A DNA stretch of 64,000 nt from an uncultured Spirochaetia bacterium (GTDB taxonomy: Bacteria > Spirochaetota > Spirochaetia > CAZBHR01): positions 32,713 through 96,712 of the forward strand of contig CAZBHR010000004.1 in assembly GCA_964492025.1 (NCBI GenBank), read 5' to 3'. Shown here piece after piece: positions 1 to 8,812 of this stretch (its first letter is position 1; each line of letters begins with the position of its first letter). A program made the translations under genes and the position numbers. The notes beneath the pieces were generated by a model, which was not told the origin of the DNA, ran no database searches, and worked only from the letters and a program-made list of their open reading frames with translations.

Positions 1-2
1 TT

Positions 3-491
3 CGAGTTCCGGAAGTCCGGCTTATCACTGAGTCTGGAGATCAGGAAGTTGTCTCAACAGAGGCTGCTTTATCGATGGCACAGGAGGCAAGTTTAGACTT
101 AGTTGAAGTTGCGCCAAACGCAAATCCACCGGTGTGTAAGATCCTTGATTACGGGAAGTATAAGTTTGAGCAAGAGAAGCGACTACGGCAATCAAAGAAA
201 AATCAAACCGTAGTAAAACTGAAAGAAGTTCGAATGCAACCAAAAATTGATGCCCACGACCTAAGCTTTAAGTCGAAGCATGTTGGGGCATTCCTCAAAG
301 AGGGAAACAAAGTAAAGGTTACTATTCGATTTAGAGGAAGAGAGCTTGCTCACACTGAAATAGGAAGAGATATTCTGTTAAGAATTTTAGATATTCTTAC
401 GGAGCAAGAGATTGGTTTTAATGTTGATAGCCAACCTCGAATGGAAGGACGATTCATGTCTATGATGTTAAGTCCTTCAAAAAAGAAATAA
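3..491 (+). CDS. infC: Translation initiation factor IF-3, truncated at the 5' end by the window edge
   Basis: The in-frame translation from nt 3 ([36 protein letters not shown]...[18 protein letters not shown]) matches IF-3 N- and C-domain motifs. rpmI and rplT follow, which is the canonical operon order. Confidence 0.9.
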   Translation, partial: RVPEVRLITESGDQEVVSTEAALSMAQEASLDLVEVAPNANPPVCKILDYGKYKFEQEKRLRQSKKNQTVVKLKEVRMQPKIDAHDLSFKSKHVGAFLKEGNKVKVTIRFRGRELAHTEIGRDILLRILDILTEQEIGFNVDSQPRMEGRFMSMMLSPSKKK

Positions 492-570
492 CCTCGAAGT
501 AATTCGAGTAGAAGCACCAACAGGGGGGATCTTGTTTCCCTGTGGTCTTAAACATAAGAAGGAGGCAAAT

Positions 571-771
571 ATGCCAAAGATGAAAACAAGAAAGGCAGCA
601 GCCAAACGGTACAAAGTTACCGGTACAGGCAAGGTAAAGTACAAGAAGCAGGGTACTCGTCATATCATGACAAAAATGAGTGCAAAGAGAAAGCGAGGCC
701 TAAGAAGCACCGCTGTTCTTAGCAAACCAGAAACAGTTAAAGCTAAGACACTACTACCCTACAAATTCTAG
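571..771 (+). CDS. rpmI: 50S ribosomal protein L35
   Basis: MPKMKTRKAAAKRYKVTGTGKVKYKKQG is a typical L35 N-terminus. An AGGAGG Shine-Dalgarno sits 6 nt upstream. The listed ORF starts earlier, at an upstream in-frame codon. Confidence 0.9.
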   Translation: MPKMKTRKAAAKRYKVTGTGKVKYKKQGTRHIMTKMSAKRKRGLRSTAVLSKPETVKAKTLLPYKF

Positions 772-786
772 TAAAGGAGCCTAAAG

Positions 787-1140
787 ATGCCTAGATCAAC
801 AAATGGAACAAACAGAACAAACAGAAGAAAGAAACTCTTAAAATCAGCTAAGGGTTATTATGGAAGAAGAAGCACCAACCTACGAACTGCAAAAGATGCG
901 GTTGCAAAGGCTGGACAGTACGCATACCGAGATAGAAGAACCAAGAAAAGAGATTTTCGAAGACTCTGGATTACTCGTATTTCTGCGGCATGTAGAAACG
1001 AAGGAATCAGCTACTCTCAGTTTATGCACGGATTAAAACTTGCTAATATTGAGCTTAATCGAAAGGCACTTTCAAATATGGCTATTGAAGACAAAGCTGC
1101 ATTCAGTGCCCTTATTACCGAGGCTAAGGCAAAACTCTAG
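787..1140 (+). CDS. rplT: 50S ribosomal protein L20
   Basis: It is a basic protein with the [16 protein letters not shown]...[15 protein letters not shown] signature of L20, and it lies immediately after rpmI. Confidence 0.92.
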   Translation: MPRSTNGTNRTNRRKKLLKSAKGYYGRRSTNLRTAKDAVAKAGQYAYRDRRTKKRDFRRLWITRISAACRNEGISYSQFMHGLKLANIELNRKALSNMAIEDKAAFSALITEAKAKL

Positions 1141-1145
1141 GAGGC

Positions 1146-1808
1146 TTGCGAATGGTTACCCTGGATCATATAAAGTTATTAGAAGAACGTATTCAGCGTG
1201 CTGCAAACCTACTGAGTAAAACAAAAGAGCAAAATCGAGTTCTCCAACAGGAGAACTCGCATCTCTCTAAGCAGGTAGAAAAACTCAACAAAAAAATCAA
1301 GCACAAAGATCAACGAATCCACGAGATGGAGCAATCTGTTGCTCAGTACCAAGAGAGTATTGCGTCGATAGAGAGCAGTCTTGAAAAAACAATTGAGGAA
1401 CTAGACTCTTTTGAGGAAGATCCTGTAGCGGTAGTTGAGACAGTGACACGAAAAACCGAAACCATAAGAGAGACAGAGACTACTATTGATGAGATTATCC
1501 AAGAATCTTCCTCACTAGAAGATATTCTTGAAGAAGAATTGGATGTTGTAGAACCAGTAGTAGAAGTGGCTCATCCCGAGGAAGATCTTACTGAAGTAGA
1601 GGATGATATCCTTTATGAAGAAGAAGAGGAAGAGACTCCCCAGGAAAAAACTACCCCACAACCCTCCCCTAAAGCTCCTGCTCAAGAGAAACAAAAAAAA
1701 CAGGATGATTCTGATCCGTTTTTTGAGGAAGAGATTTTTGAAGAAGAGCTTCTGCTTGATGATGAGGATTTAGAAACAAGCTTTAGCGAGTTTCCCCTTG
1801 CAGACTAG
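1146..1808 (+). CDS. Coiled-coil protein with a highly acidic C-terminal tail (ZapB-like candidate)
   Basis: About 90 aa of heptad-rich N-terminus (MVTLDHIKLLEERIQRA...NRVLQQENSHLSKQVEKLNKK) resemble the ZapB coiled coil. The protein ends in a long D/E-rich tail. It lies directly upstream of zapA with a 9-nt gap. Confidence 0.4.
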   Translation: MRMVTLDHIKLLEERIQRAANLLSKTKEQNRVLQQENSHLSKQVEKLNKKIKHKDQRIHEMEQSVAQYQESIASIESSLEKTIEELDSFEEDPVAVVETVTRKTETIRETETTIDEIIQESSSLEDILEEELDVVEPVVEVAHPEEDLTEVEDDILYEEEEEETPQEKTTPQPSPKAPAQEKQKKQDDSDPFFEEEIFEEELLLDDEDLETSFSEFPLAD

Positions 1809-1817
1809 GAGTTACAC

Positions 1818-2117
1818 ATGAGTCAAGACCGAGAAAAAGCTGCCCTTCGAGTTCATATTTTAGGACGTTCCTTAGTAATTCATACGGATGCGGACCCTAA
1901 GTATCTATCAAACCTCATTAAGTTTGTAGAGAATATGGCGAATAAGATCAAAGGAAATGCATTAGTAAAGGATGAAGCCGATATCTCTCGGCTCACCTGT
2001 ATCCTACTTGCTGATAAGCTTTTTAGCGAGCAACGCAAGAAGGAAGAGGAAGATCCAGGAATAGAAAAGAAGTTAATTGAGCTCATGGAACTCATTGACA
2101 ACGCTATTCAAGAATAG
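1818..2117 (+). CDS. zapA: Cell division protein ZapA
   Basis: The 99-aa size and the VHILGRSLVIHTDADPKYL...ILLADKL pattern match the ZapA family (xxIxGRxYxI...). Confidence 0.7.
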   Translation: MSQDREKAALRVHILGRSLVIHTDADPKYLSNLIKFVENMANKIKGNALVKDEADISRLTCILLADKLFSEQRKKEEEDPGIEKKLIELMELIDNAIQE

Positions 2118-2129
2118 ATACACTATTAT

Positions 2130-2297
2130 TGCGATGGGAGTAAGACAGCAACCTCCTGGACCAAGAACAAAGTTAAGGGTTTTCGATATTTTTTTGATTG
2201 AATTGCTCCGCCAGCTTAGCTGACCGTGGAACAGGATACAAAAGTGAGAGAACCCACCTGAATTTTCATTCAGGAGTTTATGTACCTGCCCATCGCA
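2130..2297 (+). ncRNA. Candidate structured sRNA, possibly 6S RNA (ssrS-like)
   Basis: A 199-nt non-coding gap follows zapA. GCGATGGG at 2131-2138 pairs perfectly with CCCATCGC at 2289-2296, and the stem extends by one T:A pair. This gives a closing stem spanning about 166 nt, with an internal hairpin CCTGAATTTTCATTCAGG. The size and zapA/rplT-proximal location match known ssrS contexts. Confidence 0.3.
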
Positions 2298-2316
2298 CCT
2301 TTAAGGAGCCACATCA

Positions 2317-3444
2317 ATGAATCACCCAGAATTAGGTCATATCCTATTTATATCTATCCCAGAAACCTACACAAATCAGATTGGAGATTTCTGTATTGAT
2401 CCTTCTGTTCGAATACCAATAGAAGTACCACACGATCAAGATATAGAGACATGGAATCCAGAAAACCTATCTTGGGAAATGATCGTATCGGGAATGTTAA
2501 AAATTCTAGCATACAACCCTACTCATAAGGATAGTGATTATTTTGGACAGTTTATTCTTGCGGTTCAACCAAATGCAATTCAGGAGCTAACAACCTCGGG
2601 AATAGCAAAATCCCAACAGAAAGAGTATCACCTTGCTCAGGAGATATTTTTATCGGTGCTCCGCCTCCAAAAAGAGCCTGAACACTATTTAAATGTAGCC
2701 TTTTGTTATGGAGAAGAGGCTCACACCTTTAAGCTCCTAGGAGAAGAGTCTATGACTGATATGGCCCTAGACAAGGCTTTTACCTTTTACAAGGAGGGCC
2801 TAGAGGAGTTTCCTGAAAGTCCAGATCTCCATTATTATATGGCACAGTTCTGTGTTGGACAGGAGAGCTTTTCAAAGGCGCTTGTTCATTATAAACACTT
2901 TCTTGAGTACAGCAAGGATGAGGACCAACGACGAGCTACGGTACAAGAGGTTGTTGATAAGATTGAAGGACATAATCCACTTGATGGTCCCCTAGCCTCC
3001 GCTATGGATCTTATTCATATGAATAAAGAGGATGAGGCTATTGCCATTATTGAGGAATCACTTGAGAACCATAAGGGTGACTGGAACGCCTATTTTCTTC
3101 TTGGATGGGCGTATAGAAGAAAACAGAACTACTCCAAAGCAAAGTCTGCATTTCTCAAAGCAAAAAAAGAGAACCCAACACAGATAGATATATACAATGA
3201 AATTGCTATCTGTTCTATGGAGTTACATGACTACACTGGAGCAAAGGATACCCTTGTAGAGGCTCTCTCTTTAGACTCAGAAAATATAAAAGTACTCTCT
3301 AACCTTGGAGTTATTGCACTAAAAACTGATGACCCACAGGAAGCTCTTGGGTTCTTTTCTGTGGTGCATGATATAGACCCAGAGGACTCAGTAGCAATAC
3401 AGTACTTACAACTTATTAAAGAGCAGTTCCCTCAGCTATCATAA
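2317..3444 (+). CDS. Tetratricopeptide-repeat protein
   Basis: Several TPR-like 34-aa units are present (e.g. AYFLLGWAYRRKQNYSKAKSAFLKA, VLSNLGVIALKTDDPQEALGFF). AAGGAG lies 6-11 nt upstream of the ATG. Confidence 0.6.
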   Translation: MNHPELGHILFISIPETYTNQIGDFCIDPSVRIPIEVPHDQDIETWNPENLSWEMIVSGMLKILAYNPTHKDSDYFGQFILAVQPNAIQELTTSGIAKSQQKEYHLAQEIFLSVLRLQKEPEHYLNVAFCYGEEAHTFKLLGEESMTDMALDKAFTFYKEGLEEFPESPDLHYYMAQFCVGQESFSKALVHYKHFLEYSKDEDQRRATVQEVVDKIEGHNPLDGPLASAMDLIHMNKEDEAIAIIEESLENHKGDWNAYFLLGWAYRRKQNYSKAKSAFLKAKKENPTQIDIYNEIAICSMELHDYTGAKDTLVEALSLDSENIKVLSNLGVIALKTDDPQEALGFFSVVHDIDPEDSVAIQYLQLIKEQFPQLS

Positions 3445-3466
3445 GCATAACCCTAAGTAAAAATGA

Positions 3467-4960
3467 CTACTCTTTGGGAAACACTTCCTGAGAGAGGTCA
3501 TACGCATCAAACCAACCGACCCTATCAAATAGTGCGTGTCCCGCACTCTGATGCATCATAACACCAAGTGCTGCTGCAACATCGGGCTGAACTCCCTGAC
3601 TTAAAATTGCCCCAATAACACCTGCTAACACATCTCCACTTCCAGAGGTTCCTAGAGCAGGATTCATGCCATCAATAACACGAAGCTTACCCTGAGGGGT
3701 GGCAATCCAAGTAACATGGCTCTTTAATACAATAATAACACCAAACTCTTCTGCCATAGCTCGCAAGTGGGGTCTTGGGTCTACAAAAAGGTCGCCCTTA
3801 GGAATTCCGGAAAACTCAACAAACTCTCCCATATGAGGCGTAATAATCCACTTCCCTTGAGTATCCTCCACGGTTAGCTCGCCCTGATAAAAAGCCTCTT
3901 TCAGTGCAGGAATACCATCGGCATCAATAATCCCACAAGATTGGGACTGAATAACACGAGAAAGTAAAGGCACCCGATCATGATTACGACCCCACCCTGG
4001 GCCTAAGATAACAGCATCTAAAGATTTTCTCTGCTCCAGAGAGTAACTCAAATAATCCTCTACAGTACGGATAATTTCAGCCTTCTGTTCTCGCTGAACA
4101 AGAGGAAATAACTCATCATCAACAAAGAGTGTAACACGCCCTGCATGGGATCTTGTAATACTTCGTACAGCCAGTCGTGGAGCACCCAGAAGACCTGGAG
4201 AACCTCCAAAGACAGCAACATGCCCTCGTATGGACTTATAGGCAGTTTTGTCTACCTCAGGCAGTTGGTATGGAGCAACTCCAATATCATCTATCCCTAG
4301 AACTTCGGTTCCATCATTCCAGTACTCTGTCACAAGGGATTCTGGAAAATCCAAGGATATAACCTCAAGAGCACCACAGCCTCCCCGACTATTTGGAAGG
4401 AATAGCTCCTCCTTAAGGAATCCCATAGCTAAGGTAGTATCGGCAATAAACCAAGAACCATCGGTAGCAATCCCCGAAGGCATATCTATAGCAATTTTCA
4501 CACCACGGAGTCCATTAAGCTCATCCACTAGCTCATCGAGAGGTGTTCGTAATGCTCCAGAAAGCCCACTACCAACAAGCCCATCAACAACCATAAGATA
4601 AGAATCAGGAATAAAAGTTCCTGGGGCCCATTGAATAAGAGGAATATCTAAGGTGTCACAAATAGTTTTATGAAGTGTAGATAGTTCATTCTGGCTCTCT
4701 GTGGCAAGAAGAACCTCAGGAGAAAAACCTTGTTGCCGAGCACGTCGTGCCATAACCATAGCATCACCACCGTTATTACCACTTCCTGCAACAAAAAGAA
4801 TTTTTCCACCGGGAACAAGCTCCTTTCCATAGAGAGAGATGATTCGTTCCCAGCCTAAAATACCAGCCTGCTCCATAAGAAGCATCTCTGGAATACCATA
4901 AAAACCGTAGGTTTGCTTCTCTATGCGCCCCATGATCTCTGGAGTAACAGCTCTATTCAT
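3467..4960 (-). CDS. nnr: Bifunctional NAD(P)H-hydrate epimerase/dehydratase (YjeF N- and C-domains)
   Basis: The YjeF_N motif FVAGSGNNGGDAMVMAR and the C-terminal carbohydrate-kinase-like motif GTSGSGDVLAGVIGA are both present. The start was moved to the internal Met to avoid a 32-nt overlap with aroB. Confidence 0.85.
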   Translation of the reverse strand: MNRAVTPEIMGRIEKQTYGFYGIPEMLLMEQAGILGWERIISLYGKELVPGGKILFVAGSGNNGGDAMVMARRARQQGFSPEVLLATESQNELSTLHKTICDTLDIPLIQWAPGTFIPDSYLMVVDGLVGSGLSGALRTPLDELVDELNGLRGVKIAIDMPSGIATDGSWFIADTTLAMGFLKEELFLPNSRGGCGALEVISLDFPESLVTEYWNDGTEVLGIDDIGVAPYQLPEVDKTAYKSIRGHVAVFGGSPGLLGAPRLAVRSITRSHAGRVTLFVDDELFPLVQREQKAEIIRTVEDYLSYSLEQRKSLDAVILGPGWGRNHDRVPLLSRVIQSQSCGIIDADGIPALKEAFYQGELTVEDTQGKWIITPHMGEFVEFSGIPKGDLFVDPRPHLRAMAEEFGVIIVLKSHVTWIATPQGKLRVIDGMNPALGTSGSGDVLAGVIGAILSQGVQPDVAAALGVMMHQSAGHALFDRVGWFDAYDLSQEVFPKE

Positions 4961-5969
4961 AGTGACCCCCGACAACCTTTGCAATAAGATCAGAGGAGAG
5001 TGGCATTTTTAACGTATCCGCAAAGCCTCTCTGCAGAACAAACTGAACCTCTCCTCTCTGTTTCTTTTTATCTTTCATAATATAGCTAAGATATTGTTCC
5101 ATATCACCGATTGAATAATCAATAGGATACCCATAGGAGAGAAGAAGATTTCTCACCATTTTTACATACTCCCTATCGGTAATACCTAATAAAGCACCAG
5201 CCTCAAGAGATCTCATCATTCCCCAAGCAACAGACTCACCATGCGACCACTGTGAAAGTCCTCCACAGGATTCAAGTGCGTGTCCAAAGGTATGCCCAAA
5301 ATTGAGATGAGCTCGTATTGATTGCTCCTTAAAATCCTGCTCTATATACCACCCTTTAACAGCAATTGCTCTGCGGATCATATCCTCTAAAAGATTAGGA
5401 TCACGTTGCAGAATGAGCTCCTTCTTATCCCTCACTAAGGCAAGGAGCTCTTCGTCATGAAGAAGAGCATGTTTAATAACCTCTGCCATACCGTTTAAAA
5501 ATTCATGCTCAGGAAGTGTATCAAGAAGACCAACAGCAATACGGATATTCATAGCAGGATAAAAAGAGCCAATTAAGTTCTTACCACCGCTAAAGTCAAC
5601 TCCACTCTTTCCTCCTACAGAGGCATCTACCATGGCAAGCAAAGAGGTAGGGATTAACACAAGTTGTGCCCCTCTCATGTATATAGCTGCAGTAAAGGCT
5701 GCCATATCACACACAACACCCCCTCCTGCTCCAACAAATACACTATCTCGAGCAAGTCCAGAGTCTAAACCTTTTTGGGCAAAATCTAAGACTCTACTTA
5801 TATCTTTATGCTCCTCCCCTGGAGGAATTACGAGAGATGGGCCTTGATACTTTGGGAACAGAGCTCTTGTATGCTCATCAAAAAGTGCTATCTCCGCCTC
5901 AACGGGCATAGCTTTATCAGGAGAAACAAAATCTATGGTTGTAACAAAATCACCCAAAGTATACTGCAT
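4953..5969 (-). CDS. aroB: 3-dehydroquinate synthase
   Basis: GAGGGVVCDMAAF...GGKSGVD...NLIGSFYPA and the metal-binding histidines HALLHD/HTFGHALE match AroB. Confidence 0.85.
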   Translation of the reverse strand: MQYTLGDFVTTIDFVSPDKAMPVEAEIALFDEHTRALFPKYQGPSLVIPPGEEHKDISRVLDFAQKGLDSGLARDSVFVGAGGGVVCDMAAFTAAIYMRGAQLVLIPTSLLAMVDASVGGKSGVDFSGGKNLIGSFYPAMNIRIAVGLLDTLPEHEFLNGMAEVIKHALLHDEELLALVRDKKELILQRDPNLLEDMIRRAIAVKGWYIEQDFKEQSIRAHLNFGHTFGHALESCGGLSQWSHGESVAWGMMRSLEAGALLGITDREYVKMVRNLLLSYGYPIDYSIGDMEQYLSYIMKDKKKQRGEVQFVLQRGFADTLKMPLSSDLIAKVVGGHYE

Positions 5970-5981
5970 ACCATAACCTCT

Positions 5982-6356
5982 CTAGTGCAGTGAATCAATT
6001 GCAGATCGTAAAGCTTCAACCTCTTTCTTTGCACTCCCTATAAAGATATTTCCATCAAGTAATGTTACAGGTCGTTTCAAAAAAGAGTAATGCTCAATCA
6101 TATATTTACGATAATCAGACTCTCCTAACTCCTGCTCATGGAGACCTAACTTTCGGTATTGTAAAGAACGTCGGCTAAAAAGTAGTTCGTAACTCCCTGC
6201 CACTTCAGCAAGACGATCAATCACAGCGGGATCTATAGATGGCTTCACATTAACTAAGGTGATACCAACAGACTCCGGTTGAAGATCCTCAATAATGCGT
6301 TGACATGTTTTACAATTTGCCAAATGGTACATAACTCGTTCTTTTTTATCACTCAT
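5982..6356 (-). CDS. ArsC/Spx-family thioredoxin-fold protein (YffB-like)
   Basis: The 124-aa size, the N-terminal CxxC-like CKTCQR, and the LLKRP motif are typical of the ArsC/Spx/YffB family. Confidence 0.6.
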   Translation of the reverse strand: MSDKKERVMYHLANCKTCQRIIEDLQPESVGITLVNVKPSIDPAVIDRLAEVAGSYELLFSRRSLQYRKLGLHEQELGESDYRKYMIEHYSFLKRPVTLLDGNIFIGSAKKEVEALRSAIDSLH

Positions 6357-6446
6357 AAAGAGAATTATAATGAAAATTACTAGTCTATACTAGCAGGAAA
6401 AAATGATTCACCGGTGATGTTTTCTTGAATAAATATAGAAAACTAG

Positions 6447-6475
6447 TTGACAGGATACATGCAATTCGATAGTAT
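6447..6475 (+). promoter_or_regulatory. Sigma70-type promoter for the tRNA (TTGACA, 17-nt spacer, TAGTAT)
   Basis: A consensus -35 TTGACA at 6447-6452, a 17-nt spacer, and -10 TAGTAT at 6470-6475 lie about 12 nt upstream of the tRNA 5' end. Confidence 0.7.
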
Positions 6476-6486
6476 GGTTAGCACGT

Positions 6487-6559
6487 CGCAGGGTGGAGCA
6501 GTTGGCAGCTCGTTGGGCTCATAACCCAAAGGCCGTAGGTTCGAGTCCTACCCCTGCTA
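6487..6559 (+). tRNA. tRNA-Met (CAU anticodon), initiator type
   Basis: CGCAGGGTGGAGCAGTTGGCAGCTCGTTGGGCTCATAACCCAAAGGCCGTAGGTTCGAGTCCTACCCCTGCTA folds as a cloverleaf. Position 1:72 is unpaired, three consecutive G:C pairs sit in the anticodon stem, and the anticodon is CAU. These are hallmarks of bacterial tRNA-fMet, and the sequence is nearly identical in outline to E. coli metY. CCA is not encoded. Confidence 0.9.
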
Positions 6560-6562
6560 TCA

Positions 6563-6602
6563 AGACCGAGAGTATTGAGTTTCAATATCTCGGTCTTTTT
6601 TT
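6563..6602 (+). terminator. Rho-independent terminator after the tRNA
   Basis: The perfect stem AGACCGAG/CTCGGTCT has an extended inner stem (TATTGA/TCAATA) and is followed by TTTTTTT. Confidence 0.85.
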
Positions 6603-6624
6603 ATACTCCTAGAAAAAGACTCCC

Positions 6625-7326
6625 CTACTTCCAGGAGAAAGAGAGTTCCTTATCTAGATCACCCGACGCAAAGCTAATCATGGGAAAAGAAAATTCTATC
6701 TGCCCATTAGGGAGTATAGATCCACCCTTAACAGAAAGTACCTCACCATCAACATTGATGCGTATAGCAAATTCCTGTAAAAGAAGGGCTGCTACAAAGG
6801 CTTCTGCATTATCTATATACTCCTCAAAGGCGAATGCTAAGAACTCAGCATACTCCTCCTCAGACACATACTCCTCTCCTGGTCCAAAGAGGTCAAAGAA
6901 CTCCTCTAGCTCTGGACCAAAACTTCCTTTGAGCTGCTGGAAAATTTCATAGCTATATTTAAGGGTTACGGTGTGAACAGCTGAGGTGTTTACCGTATGA
7001 GTTAAAAAAGGTTCAAGGTTCAATCTCTCAAAAAGAACACCCATATTCCACTGAGTCTCCGACGGGTGATCATACTCATACAAAATAAAACCATGGGGTT
7101 CTAAGGAAAGCTTAAGAGTCATAGGATCAAGGATATCACCCTCAAGTTCCTGGTACCCTAACCCCTCAGAAAAGTCCTTCAGGTAATCAATTAATACAGA
7201 ATGTATAGTGATTGACGCTTTTAACGACCCAGAGCCATCGTTATTCAGGGTAATATCCTGGCTCTGAGAGCAACTAACTCCAAAGAATAGTAAAAGCAGT
7301 GTAAGAAGAAGTAATTTTTTTTTCAT
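6625..7326 (-). CDS. Putative lipoprotein of unknown function
   Basis: MKKKLLLLTLLLLFFGVSCSQ is a signal peptide with a lipobox Cys. The start was set at the internal MKKK. Confidence 0.55.
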   Translation of the reverse strand: MKKKLLLLTLLLLFFGVSCSQSQDITLNNDGSGSLKASITIHSVLIDYLKDFSEGLGYQELEGDILDPMTLKLSLEPHGFILYEYDHPSETQWNMGVLFERLNLEPFLTHTVNTSAVHTVTLKYSYEIFQQLKGSFGPELEEFFDLFGPGEEYVSEEEYAEFLAFAFEEYIDNAEAFVAALLLQEFAIRINVDGEVLSVKGGSILPNGQIEFSFPMISFASGDLDKELSFSWK

Positions 7327-7373
7327 ATCATATCCTTTTATGTTATAAACAACGGAACTTACAAAAAGTAACA

Positions 7374-8201
7374 CTATCTATACGTTTTAGCAAGGTGGGC
7401 AAACTCCTCAGCCTTTGCAAAAAGGCCTCGTTTTTCAGCACCCTTGCTATAGATTTCACACTTACGTGCAAACTCCTCTTTTGCAAGTAACTGATGAGGC
7501 TCAGTAAATATTTTCCGATCAATAAGCTCTTGAAGTCCTCGCATACGAAAGATTTCAATTTCATCGTATTTCACCGAGAGCTGCTCCCAGTCACCTGCAC
7601 GTTTTTCTACAAGGGTTTCATCAATATACTCTACAGCATAAGTATTGCAATATCGAAGCCAAAATTCATAATCCTCTGCAATTTCCAAATCCTCTCGAAA
7701 ACCTCCAAGATCATCATACACCGATCTCTTCATTACCACCGTAGATGGTCCTATAATACATTTTTTCAGGCAGTCCTGAAAGATATTCCCTCGACGCTGG
7801 TGTCTCTGCTTTCTCTGGCTCACTTCAGAACCACATCGCATCCATCGCTCTCTACAGTGAATAAGAGATGGAGCGTCAGTTGTAATGATAGCCTCTGTAC
7901 ACTGCAACTTTTCAGGATACCAAAGGTCATCGGAATCAAGAAATGCAATCCACTCCCCCTCTGCTTGAGCCACACCAACATTGCGTACCTGTCCAGGCAT
8001 ACCGGTATGGGCCTGATGTATATAGCGAACTAAGGGAGATTGTATTTCAGTAATAATAGACTCTATAGGCTCAGTAGAACCATCATCTACCACAATTATC
8101 TCTTTAGGGAGAACGGTCTGCTGCAGTACCGACTGCACTGCAGCTAGGAGCATTTGAGATCTATTGAAGGTCGGTATAATGACAGAACAACTGAAACTCA
8201 T
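7374..8201 (-). CDS. Family 2 glycosyltransferase
   Basis: SVIIPTFNRSQML...IIVVDDGSTEP...DSDDLWYPEKL are canonical GT-A/GT2 motifs (DxD). Confidence 0.8.
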   Translation of the reverse strand: MSFSCSVIIPTFNRSQMLLAAVQSVLQQTVLPKEIIVVDDGSTEPIESIITEIQSPLVRYIHQAHTGMPGQVRNVGVAQAEGEWIAFLDSDDLWYPEKLQCTEAIITTDAPSLIHCRERWMRCGSEVSQRKQRHQRRGNIFQDCLKKCIIGPSTVVMKRSVYDDLGGFREDLEIAEDYEFWLRYCNTYAVEYIDETLVEKRAGDWEQLSVKYDEIEIFRMRGLQELIDRKIFTEPHQLLAKEEFARKCEIYSKGAEKRGLFAKAEEFAHLAKTYR

Positions 8202-8812
8202 TGAAAAATTGAAAGACTCCCTTGGATAAGGTAGTAGTAGAGCAGTACTCGTGGAATCCGAATAAGGGAACCGAGAAATACCTCATAAAAAGGAACTTTT
8301 AATACACCTGCCACCCACATAATTGAGGAGAATGGTAATGGGGTAATCCCCGCAATACAGACCGCCCATCCACCATAACGGTGTAACATCTGCTCACCCT
8401 GCTCACGAAAAGAGCGGGAGAACCGTTCTACAAAGGAAAACCTGTTAAAGCTTCTAGCCAACCAATACCCAGTACAACCACCTGCAATAGAGGCTCCTCC
8501 TAGAATAAAAGCCATTTTCCAAGGGGTAATATTTTCAAGGAAGGCAAATACGATATCCATTGAGGCGGGGAGAATAAGCATATCTACAAAAAATACGTAT
8601 AGTACTACACCCCAGTACCCTAAGCTATTATATAAACGTCCACCTAAAGCGGCTAATTGATCCGCAAATAGGACTTTAATAAGAACAAAAAATATCACCA
8701 TTACAACAGAGAATATAACTGTTTTTATGGCAAGTCGTTTCCAAAACTCACGGTCATATTTCTCTTCTCTTTTTGGTGTCATTTCAGAGGACTCTTTTGG
8801 GGAGTTACTCAT
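8198..8812 (-). CDS. DedA/YqaA-family (VTT-domain) membrane protein
   Basis: A multi-pass membrane protein whose G-rich loop ILGGASIAGGCTGYWLAR is typical of SNARE-associated/DedA proteins. It overlaps the upstream gene by 4 nt. Confidence 0.5.
   Translation of the reverse strand: MSNSPKESSEMTPKREEKYDREFWKRLAIKTVIFSVVMVIFFVLIKVLFADQLAALGGRLYNSLGYWGVVLYVFFVDMLILPASMDIVFAFLENITPWKMAFILGGASIAGGCTGYWLARSFNRFSFVERFSRSFREQGEQMLHRYGGWAVCIAGITPLPFSSIMWVAGVLKVPFYEVFLGSLIRIPRVLLYYYLIQGSLSIFQ

Noticed and set aside
6357-6486. tRNA-Met as an integration site for a genomic island
   Set aside because: Flanking genes on both sides are ordinary (ArsC-family, lipoprotein, GT2). No direct repeat of the tRNA 3' end was seen downstream.
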